Shown here: in pieces, positions 56,601 to 64,000 of the stretch
How positions within the stretch are numbered: position 1 is the stretch's first letter
Layout: each line of letters begins with the position of its first letter
NCBI GenBank assembly: GCA_029936675.1
Contig: JAPYSB010000005.1
Span: forward strand, 12,104 to 76,103
DNA from: Dehalococcoidia bacterium
Lineage (GTDB): Bacteria > Chloroflexota > Dehalococcoidia > Lucifugimonadales > UBA826
Direction of reading: 5' to 3'
DNA length: 64,000 nucleotides
Translations under genes and position numbers: made by a program
The notes under the pieces: generated by a model
What the model was told of the DNA's origin: nothing
Seen by the model: only the letters and a program-made list of their open reading frames with translations
Databases searched by the model: none

Positions 56601-58088
56601 TCAGGGATCTTTGGTTGTCGTATTGGCTCTTGGCAGCCCGTTCTCTCTTTTAGGTGCCTTATCTGGAACAGAATTCTGATTAACTGAAGGATGGTCTGAT
56701 ATCAGTTCTGGCAAATGATCGTCGAGGAAATTCGTGTTTACATTACCGGACAGAAAATCAGGGTGTGACATGAGCTTCAAATGGAACTCAATATTAGTTT
56801 CAACTCCGGATATCTCAAATTCTTTTAATGCCCTTTTTGATCGAATCACTGCGTCGAGGAAACTATTGGAATTGGAGTGGCATATGAGTTTTGCAATAAG
56901 AGAATCAAATGCCCTACTAGTCTCGTACCCAGAGTATGCGAATCCATCAGTCCTAATTCCTGGCCCCTCCGGGGGACAATAGGTGGTTATTTTTCCGGCT
57001 GAAGGTTTTATTTGCCCCGAATCAGAGATAGTTTCGCAGTTGATTCTATTTTGTATTGCGTAACCTCGGACAATAGTTGGTTTGTCCGCGTCAAGCCCTA
57101 GTTCAGTTAAGCTAGTTCCGGCTGCTAATTTAATTTGAGACTGGACAATATCTACCCCGGTTACTTCCTCCGTTACTGTATGTTCGACCTGCAGTCTGGC
57201 GTTCCCTTCTATGAAGACAAACGAGTCGTATTCAGATTGGGTACTTTGGAATACTAAAAATTCAAAAGTGCCTAGATTGGAATAATCAACACTCTTGGCA
57301 AGATTCATAGCGGATTCAATAATTTTACCGCGCAGGGTTTCGGTAATAAAAGGGGCTGGAGCAACTTCCACTAGTTTCTGGTATCTTCGCTGGATACTGC
57401 ATTCTCTTTCCCAGAGATGCGTCACATTGCCGAAATTGTCTCCTATTATCTGAACTTCAATGTGTCTAGCGTTTTCTATGAGCTGCTCAGCATATAAATC
57501 GCCATTACCAAAGCTCCTTTTCGCTTCAGATTGGCAGCGTTTAAACAGTCTTTCTATTTCTGATGAATTGCTTATCGATCTTGTTCCTCTTCCTCCTCCT
57601 CCTGCTACTGCCTTGAGCATCATCCGGCTATCTTTTGGAAGCGTGTTGAAAAACGCTCTGGCTGACTCAATAGTAATAGGCCCTTCTACCCCTGCTGGTA
57701 TTGGAAGGCCGGCGTTTTTCGCTGCCAACCTCGCTCGTCCTTTATCTCCGAACAGTTCCAGCATTTCGATATTTGGTCCGATAAATACGATCCCCTCTTT
57801 TTGGCACCTTTTAGCAAACTCAGCGTTTTCGGCTAAAAACCCGTACCCAGGATGTATGGAGTCTGCGCCAGATTTCTTGGCAATTCTTATTATGTTGTCA
57901 ATATCTAAATAACCGGGTACTCCATTTCCATCCAATTGGAAAGTTGCACCTGTATTTCGAATATGAAGCGATGATTTATCGTCATTCGAGTATATAGAAA
58001 CAGTATTAATATTTAGCTCTGAGGCTGCTCTGGCAATTCGAATTGCGATTTCCCCTCGATTGGCTATCAGCAATTTATTAAATGTCAT
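56601..58088 (-). CDS. Biotin carboxylase (ATP-grasp) subunit, stand-alone
   Basis: Motifs 'LLIANRGEIAIRIARA', 'HPGYGFLAEN', 'KAVAGGGGRG' and 'IEGNARLQVEHTVTEEVTGVDIV'. No biotinyl (xMKM/L) domain. Confidence 0.85.
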   Translation of the reverse strand: MTFNKLLIANRGEIAIRIARAASELNINTVSIYSNDDKSSLHIRNTGATFQLDGNGVPGYLDIDNIIRIAKKSGADSIHPGYGFLAENAEFAKRCQKEGIVFIGPNIEMLELFGDKGRARLAAKNAGLPIPAGVEGPITIESARAFFNTLPKDSRMMLKAVAGGGGRGTRSISNSSEIERLFKRCQSEAKRSFGNGDLYAEQLIENARHIEVQIIGDNFGNVTHLWERECSIQRRYQKLVEVAPAPFITETLRGKIIESAMNLAKSVDYSNLGTFEFLVFQSTQSEYDSFVFIEGNARLQVEHTVTEEVTGVDIVQSQIKLAAGTSLTELGLDADKPTIVRGYAIQNRINCETISDSGQIKPSAGKITTYCPPEGPGIRTDGFAYSGYETSRAFDSLIAKLICHSNSNSFLDAVIRSKRALKEFEISGVETNIEFHLKLMSHPDFLSGNVNTNFLDDHLPELISDHPSVNQNSVPDKAPKRENGLPRANTTTKDP

Positions 58089-58269
58089 AAATGCATCCTA
58101 TCTATTGGTAATAGTGGCCATTTTACTTCAGTCCTCCTCTTTTTTTGTTTTCCATGCAACCTGAAAAAATATTTATAGATTGGTCATCCTTTAAATAGGT
58201 AAATAGATTCTCTGGTATTATTCGCCGAAATCGATATCTATTCACTGAAATCTGTAAAGGGGGCGGAAT

Positions 58270-59457
58270 ATGATTACCAATTTCGATAGCCTTTATGCCG
58301 GCCATGTAGATTTGTCCGATGTTGGATATGCCGGTAAACCTGTAAATGACCGTACTTTCGGTAATGGTTACCTTATCTCAGCCTTTGATAAGGCAACAGA
58401 GATAGCTCAAACCATGGACCGGTGTGGCTACGATACATTCTGGATGGCCGAGCATCATTTTCAACCTGAAGGTTATGAATGTTTACCCAATGTTCTCATG
58501 ATGGCTCTCCACTTGGCGCATCTGACCAAAAATGTGAGATTGGGATGTGGTTTTAATATTGCCCCGATGTGGCATCCTTTGAGACTCGCAGAAGATTATG
58601 CTACCGCCGATGTTTTAACTGGAGGGAGGGTTGTATTTGGTGTAGGAAGGGGATACCACACGCGAGAGGTCGAAACCTTCGGGTCACCTCTCCTGGATCA
58701 GCCCGCTAATAGAGAATTATTTGAAGAGCAGGTGGATATAATATTCAAGGCCTTTAATGAGGAGTCTTTTTCGCATAAAGGTTCCCATTACACCATTCCT
58801 CCGGAGGTTCCTTACAGAGGCTATGATCTGAAGGAAATTACTCTAGTTCCGCGACCAGTGAATCGGCCAGTTGAATGTTGGCAGCCGATTCAAAGCGCAA
58901 CTCCACGCGGATTAGATTTCATGGCCAAACATGGGATAAAAGGGATCATAGGTGGGGGTAGCTCTGAAGGCGGAGCCATGGATAAGGCGGTACAAGGACT
59001 TAGAGAGGCATATTCCAGGACAGGAGTGGAGACCGAACCAGGTGAAAACCTGGCGATTGGATTTCATTTCCATATAGCCGAAACTCAAAAACAAGCTATG
59101 AAAGAAGTAGGCCAATTCTACGAAGAAAATTTGAAAATGTTTGGACCTCTTAGGTTGGTAAAAGCCCTAAGCGACGAACAAATCGAGGCTATGGGTAATC
59201 CTGAAACAGCTCTAAAGGCCGGATTGCCTAGTATTGAAGATGCTGTAGCTGCCGGTGGAGTGCTTGCGGGTCCTGCGGAATTAATTATCGAGCAGTTAAA
59301 AGCCTTGGAACAGAAATATCCTGGGCTCAACAGAGTCAGTGTGAGCCATCCAGTTGGCACTCCGAAATCAATGATAACTGAGCAACTCGAACGATTCTCA
59401 GAGGAAGTTATGCCGGCCTTCAAAGGATCAGTTCCAGAACTGGTTTCTGGGGACTAG
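58270..59457 (+). CDS. LLM-class flavin-dependent monooxygenase
   Basis: 395 aa. Motifs 'DTFWMAEHHFQPEGYECLPN', 'VRLGCGFNI' and 'GGRVVFGVGRGY'. Confidence 0.8.
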   Translation: MITNFDSLYAGHVDLSDVGYAGKPVNDRTFGNGYLISAFDKATEIAQTMDRCGYDTFWMAEHHFQPEGYECLPNVLMMALHLAHLTKNVRLGCGFNIAPMWHPLRLAEDYATADVLTGGRVVFGVGRGYHTREVETFGSPLLDQPANRELFEEQVDIIFKAFNEESFSHKGSHYTIPPEVPYRGYDLKEITLVPRPVNRPVECWQPIQSATPRGLDFMAKHGIKGIIGGGSSEGGAMDKAVQGLREAYSRTGVETEPGENLAIGFHFHIAETQKQAMKEVGQFYEENLKMFGPLRLVKALSDEQIEAMGNPETALKAGLPSIEDAVAAGGVLAGPAELIIEQLKALEQKYPGLNRVSVSHPVGTPKSMITEQLERFSEEVMPAFKGSVPELVSGD

Positions 59458-59474
59458 TAATTTTAAATTTAGAA

Positions 59475-60392
59475 CTAACTCGACTGTCCTAATCTGACCT
59501 CTATATTACCTGCTCTTTCTTCTTGAAGGAGCAGGCTGATCCTGGAGTCCTTGTTCTCCCATCCTCTGTTTACAGCAGAAGTCAGCTCATTGTAAGCGTG
59601 ACTTGCCGCTTCCATTGGAACGTTATATTCTCGGCCAAGTTCCAGTGCTAAGGACACATCTTTTCTTGCCAGCTTGAGGGCAAAATTAGGAGGATCAAAT
59701 TTACCTTGCAGATATGTGTCCGGCAACGTGACATTGAGTAAATTACCTCTTCCTACACTCCCGTTTTTTATGCATTCGAATAAGTTTCCCGGATCTACTC
59801 CGGCCTTCACTCCAAGAGTTAGGCACTCAGATATGATCATCTGCATTCCATACCCGATGGTGTTGTGCATCAATTTACATATACTGCCAGAACCGATAGA
59901 ACCCGTATAACTTACTTTATCCCCGAAAGATTCTAGGATCGATTTTATTTGATTGAAAACGCTTTCGCTTCCCCCAACCATGATTGCCAATTTACCTGTT
60001 TGAGCTCCTTTCACACCACCACTGACCGGGGCATCCAATACAGAAGCGCCTTGCTTTTCGAATTCTTCAGATAATTCTCTAATCAGAGTGGGAGAGCTTG
60101 TACTGAGATCAATCCATATTGATCCGCTCGACACCCCTTCTATTAACCCGTCGACACCTGTTGATACTGATTTAACCTCAGTTGGACCGGGGAGTGAGGT
60201 GAAGATTACATCAACTGATTCTGCCAATTCTTTAGGGGTATCGGCCCATTCTGCACCTAATTCCAGAAGATTTGTCGCAGCAGCTCTATTTATATCGTGA
60301 ACTACCATGTCATAGCCTGATTTGGCTATATTCATAGACATCCCCCCTCCCATGTTTCCGAGCCCGATGAACCCAACTTTAATTTTTTCCAT
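59475..60392 (-). CDS. NAD(P)-dependent 3-hydroxyisobutyrate/beta-hydroxyacid dehydrogenase family protein
   Basis: Motifs 'KVGFIGLGNMGGGMSMNI' and 'GSGSICKLMHN'. I take the start at ATG 60392 (AGGGAGA upstream). The 77-aa N-terminal extension in the track ORF looks spurious. Confidence 0.85.
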   Translation of the reverse strand: MEKIKVGFIGLGNMGGGMSMNIAKSGYDMVVHDINRAAATNLLELGAEWADTPKELAESVDVIFTSLPGPTEVKSVSTGVDGLIEGVSSGSIWIDLSTSSPTLIRELSEEFEKQGASVLDAPVSGGVKGAQTGKLAIMVGGSESVFNQIKSILESFGDKVSYTGSIGSGSICKLMHNTIGYGMQMIISECLTLGVKAGVDPGNLFECIKNGSVGRGNLLNVTLPDTYLQGKFDPPNFALKLARKDVSLALELGREYNVPMEAASHAYNELTSAVNRGWENKDSRISLLLQEERAGNIEVRLGQSS

Positions 60393-60517
60393 TTCGATTT
60401 TCTCCCTTTGTCGATCTTTAGATAAATGCTTGTGAAAAAAAGGCATACAATGTCGGCGTGAGTTTATCAGGCCCGGAGTAAACAGGGATTGCTTATAAGC
60501 GTAGTCGGGGATATTCA

Positions 60518-61357
60518 ATGCAAGAGAAGCTGCAAATAGGCAATTTAGAGATCCTGTCACTGATGGATATGGTTCCGCCTTCCCGCTCTCCGGAGGATTT
60601 TTTCCCAGATGTGGACATAGCACTATGGGAGCCTTACAGGAGTGAAGTTTTAGATAAGGGTATGGTTCAGCTTTATTATGGATGTTTTGTTGTTAGGTCA
60701 AAAGGGAAAATAGTGCTGGTGGATACTGGAATAGGCCCGGGACCTCACCCTACCCGAGGGGATAAAAAGGGTGATCTGCTAAATGATCTCAGAAGGCAGG
60801 GTATCGAACCAGAGGAAATTGATATCGTGGTACATAGCCATCTACATATTGATCATGTCGGTTGGAATTTGGATCTTTCTTTAGACCCACCCCGCCCGTA
60901 TTTTCCGAATGCGAGATATTTGGTTCCATCTATAGACTGGGATTATTTCACCAGGCCTGAGAATCTAATTAATGCTCCATGGGTAAGTGAAAATGTCATG
61001 CCGTTGGAGACCTTGTCTTTGATGGATCTATTTGGTGATGGATTTAATGTCACCGATGAAATAACTTCACTCTTAACCCCCGGGCATACCCCTGGGCATA
61101 TGTCATTTTTATTGAATTCTGGTGGACAGAAAGCAGCTATCGTCGGGGATGCGATTCACAGCAAAGTCCAAATAAGCGAACCATCGTGGTGTGCGGGGGT
61201 AGACGTCGATAAGACAGCTAGTGAAAGAAGCAGACGTGATCTCATAGAGCGGTCAGTTTCACAAGGCATGATCATAGCGGCAGGGCATTTCAACCCCGAT
61301 GAACATTTCGGAAGAGTCCATCGACACGATGAGGCTATGTCTTGGGAAACTGTATAG
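60518..61357 (+). CDS. MBL-fold metallo-hydrolase (lactonase-like)
   Basis: Metal motif 'HSHLHIDHVGWN', a downstream 'PGHTPGH' and the motif 'GHF'. Confidence 0.8.
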   Translation: MQEKLQIGNLEILSLMDMVPPSRSPEDFFPDVDIALWEPYRSEVLDKGMVQLYYGCFVVRSKGKIVLVDTGIGPGPHPTRGDKKGDLLNDLRRQGIEPEEIDIVVHSHLHIDHVGWNLDLSLDPPRPYFPNARYLVPSIDWDYFTRPENLINAPWVSENVMPLETLSLMDLFGDGFNVTDEITSLLTPGHTPGHMSFLLNSGGQKAAIVGDAIHSKVQISEPSWCAGVDVDKTASERSRRDLIERSVSQGMIIAAGHFNPDEHFGRVHRHDEAMSWETV

Positions 61358-61379
61358 ACAACACATCGGGAGGTATGGA

Positions 61380-62138
61380 ATGAATAGACTTGAAGGTAAG
61401 GTGGCCCTTATTTCAGGGGCGGCGAAGGGCCAAGGGGCCGAAGAAGTTGCCCTTTTTGCTGCTGAGGGTGCTCAAGTAATATTTGGAGATATATTAGATG
61501 ATTTGGGTTTAGAGGTTGAGAAAAAGATTACGTCCGCTGGTCAAAATGCCAAATACATGCATTTGGATGTAACGAATGCTCAGGATTGGGAAAAAGCTAT
61601 AATATTGGCGGAATCTGAGTACGGTACATTAGATATTCTAGTTAATAACGCAGGCATAGCACTGCCGCAAGATTATCTCGACGTTTCTTCCGAGGATTGG
61701 GATCGAACAATGGAGATTAACGCCAAAGGTGTGTTTTTAGGGATCAAATATGCTGTGCCAGCAATGCAAAGAGCCGGAGGCGGATCTATTGTGAATATCT
61801 CCTCAATAGCAGGCATTGTAGGTCGGCCGCTATCTTCACCTGCATATGCAGCATCTAAGGGAGCTGTTAGAGTTCTAACTAAATCTACAGCTGGGCGATT
61901 CGCGTCTGAAAACATAAGATGCAATTCTGTTCATCCGGGACCTATCAACACTGACATGATTAGATCTGTCACGCATTCTGTCGATCCCGAGTCAAGAGTT
62001 GGCTCTATACCACTTGGCCGTATCGGGCAATCAATTGATGTTGCTTATGGAGTTTTATACCTTGCTTCTGATGAATCCTCATTTGTCACTGGCATAGAGC
62101 TGGTCATAGATGGCGGAGTAACAGGTATAAGGGAATAA
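61380..62138 (+). CDS. Short-chain dehydrogenase/reductase (SDR)
   Basis: Motifs 'ISGAAKGQGAE' and 'NNAG', with catalytic 'YAASK'. The start is ATG 61380, 6 nt after GGGAGG. Confidence 0.9.
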   Translation: MNRLEGKVALISGAAKGQGAEEVALFAAEGAQVIFGDILDDLGLEVEKKITSAGQNAKYMHLDVTNAQDWEKAIILAESEYGTLDILVNNAGIALPQDYLDVSSEDWDRTMEINAKGVFLGIKYAVPAMQRAGGGSIVNISSIAGIVGRPLSSPAYAASKGAVRVLTKSTAGRFASENIRCNSVHPGPINTDMIRSVTHSVDPESRVGSIPLGRIGQSIDVAYGVLYLASDESSFVTGIELVIDGGVTGIRE

Positions 62139-62170
62139 GAGATATTTAAAGACTTTCCAAAAGGAGAACC

Positions 62171-62953
62171 ATGTCTTTTGCGGATGTAAATGGAGTCTCA
62201 ATGTACTATGAGGTACATGGGGAGGGTTCTTCCGTTGTCTTTGCTCATGGTTCTGGAGGAAATCACATATCTTGGTGGCAGCAAATCCCCTATTTTTCCA
62301 AATACTATAAATGTGTCATTTTTGATCATAGGACATTTGGTAGAACACCGGATGAGTCTGAACCCAAAGGGAGAACCGCTTTTGCAGATGATTTAGAAGG
62401 CTTGCTCAATCATCTTGATATAGAGAGAACGGCTATCGTGGCCCATTCTATGGGAGGTCGGACCGCGTCAGTATTCTCAATGAGAAACCCGGAACGTGTA
62501 TCAGCATTAGTTCTTTCAGGTACTAATGGGGGATCGGATAATGAAGAGTCCCAGGAAGTGCGGAGAAAACACAAAGCATCCCCCCCTTTTTTACCGGAAG
62601 GGGCAATAAAGGCCCTGTCCCCTGAATTTTCAGAAAGATTTCCAGAGAAATCTTTGTTGTATAGACAAATCATGAGAATGAATCCACGACATAGTCCCGA
62701 TTTTCTTGCTCCCAGACCTAATCATAAAGGTTCCACAGACGGAAGGTTCAGGGACTTAGGAATACCAATGCTTTTTATGGTTGGCAAAGAAGACCAATTG
62801 GTCCACCCTAAAACTATAGAAATAGCTTCCTCGCTGATTCCCCACTCGGAATTCATCATGGTAGATCGAGCTGGGCATTCTGTTTATTATGAGCGACCTG
62901 AGTTCTTTAATGGTTTAGTCCATAAATTCTTGAAAACCAACTTAGCTTCATAA
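62171..62953 (+). CDS. Alpha/beta-fold hydrolase
   Basis: Motif 'HGSGGN', nucleophile elbow 'AHSMGG' and C-terminal 'AGHSV'. Confidence 0.85.
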   Translation: MSFADVNGVSMYYEVHGEGSSVVFAHGSGGNHISWWQQIPYFSKYYKCVIFDHRTFGRTPDESEPKGRTAFADDLEGLLNHLDIERTAIVAHSMGGRTASVFSMRNPERVSALVLSGTNGGSDNEESQEVRRKHKASPPFLPEGAIKALSPEFSERFPEKSLLYRQIMRMNPRHSPDFLAPRPNHKGSTDGRFRDLGIPMLFMVGKEDQLVHPKTIEIASSLIPHSEFIMVDRAGHSVYYERPEFFNGLVHKFLKTNLAS

Positions 62954-62975
62954 ACAAATTTAAAAGGGAATAAAA

Positions 62976-63920
62976 ATGGAATTTGGATTTTATTTGCCAA
63001 CTCATGGGCCACTCGCTAAGAGAGATCCAATACTGAAAATCGCCTCTCACGCTGAAGATATAGGGTTCGACTCAATGGTCGCAGGCGATCACGTGATAGC
63101 TCCGATAAACCCGGAATCCCAGTACCCATACTCTGTCGGATCAGAGGTGCCATGGGATAGTTCTGGAGAGCATTTAGAAATGATCACAGAGCTGGCATTC
63201 CTGGCTGGGGTTACAAGGAATGCGAAACTTGTAACGAGCGTAATGATTGTTCCCCATAGGAATCCCGTCCTAACGGCTAAAATGTTATCCACCATAGATG
63301 TGCTTTCCGGTGGGAGATTAGTAGTAGGTGTGGGGGTCGGTTGGCTTGAAGAGGAATTTGAATCCTTGGATACTCCTCCATTTAATCGGCGCGGTAAGGT
63401 GACTGACGAGTATATAAGTATTTTCAAGGAATTATGGAGTGAGGAGGAGCCTTCCTATGACGGAGAATTCTATTCTTTCAAACCGCTTCAATTCTCTCCC
63501 AAGCCAATACAAAAACCAGGCCCCCCGATTTGGATTGGAGGCCAAAGCAGAGCAGCTATTCGAAGAGTAGTTAAAATGGCGGATGCATGGCATCCTGTAG
63601 GTGCTAATCCAGCTTCTCCACTGGAGCCTTCAGAAATGACCGTTGAAATAGATTATATGGATTCGTATTGTGAAAAAATTGGACGAAATCGATCAGAGAT
63701 ATCCATAGTTTTAAAGGCACCGGTATATGACAAAGAAAATTCTTTCGGTGGTAACAGACGGCGGTTTTCTGGGAATCCAGAACAAATAGTGGCAGATATA
63801 AAAGAATATGAGAATCTAGGTGTGAGTCATATTGTTTTGGACACCCGATCCACTGACTTGAATAAGTCACTGGAGAAAATGGATTGGTTATCTGAAGAGG
63901 TAATGTCCTCTTTCAGGTAG
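62976..63920 (+). CDS. LLM-class F420-dependent oxidoreductase
   Basis: 314 aa. Motifs 'FDSMVAGDHV', 'GGRLVVGVGVGW' and 'PPIWIGG'. Confidence 0.8.
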   Translation: MEFGFYLPTHGPLAKRDPILKIASHAEDIGFDSMVAGDHVIAPINPESQYPYSVGSEVPWDSSGEHLEMITELAFLAGVTRNAKLVTSVMIVPHRNPVLTAKMLSTIDVLSGGRLVVGVGVGWLEEEFESLDTPPFNRRGKVTDEYISIFKELWSEEEPSYDGEFYSFKPLQFSPKPIQKPGPPIWIGGQSRAAIRRVVKMADAWHPVGANPASPLEPSEMTVEIDYMDSYCEKIGRNRSEISIVLKAPVYDKENSFGGNRRRFSGNPEQIVADIKEYENLGVSHIVLDTRSTDLNKSLEKMDWLSEEVMSSFR

Positions 63921-64000
63921 ATGGTTTTTCTTCTTTGTTGAAGTTCGACTGAGGCCCCGATCAATTTGGAAGACAAAAGGGATTTATAAAAATATGAAAT

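Noticed and set aside
60393-60623. 77-aa N-terminal extension of the beta-hydroxyacid dehydrogenase ORF in the track (59475..60623).
   Set aside because: The Rossmann fold begins at 'MEKIKVGFIGLGNMG', with AGGGAGA upstream of ATG 60392. The extension has no homology-like features and would overlap the divergent MBL-hydrolase gene start at 60518.

Overview
This is a gene-dense, AT-rich bacterial chromosomal segment with about 58 supported CDS on both strands. Hand-counted 60-nt lines give about 37-40% GC. I found no rRNA, tRNA, CRISPR array, transposase or integrase. The content is mostly catabolic and accessory. It includes five family III (CaiB/BaiF-type) CoA-transferase genes, one of them a two-domain fusion. 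It also includes two crotonases, an acyl-CoA dehydrogenase, four SDRs, four luciferase-like (LLM) flavin/F420 oxidoreductases and a PPOX-class protein, next to the F420 headgroup genes cofG/cofH. Further genes encode two enolase-superfamily dehydratases, three ThDP enzymes (one split, ComDE-like), a stand-alone biotin carboxylase, a Dpp/Opp-type ABC importer next to a gamma-glutamyltranspeptidase, an ABC-2 exporter and two MFS transporters. A small housekeeping block holds glnS, orn, msrA and a YbaK-like deacylase. The most unusual points are: (i) two diverged copies of a signal-peptide-less DUF1800 / DUF1501 / NHL-propeller gene module, plus a third NHL paralogue at the left edge. (ii) A 'Rosetta-stone' pair: a fused two-domain CoA-transferase and a translationally coupled split gene pair. 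In both, the upstream or N-terminal partner carries Glu at the position of the family III catalytic Asp. The fusion junction lies on a C9 homopolymer. (iii) A ~1.2-kb GC-rich single-gene island (crotonase). (iv) A DppB-like permease whose conserved N-terminus has no canonical start codon. (v) A lipoprotein substrate-binding protein with a repetitive (K/E)EV tether. The gene repertoire resembles published descriptions of marine SAR202-type Chloroflexota, but that is an inference I cannot test here. All family assignments come from reading motifs by eye; no database search was run.
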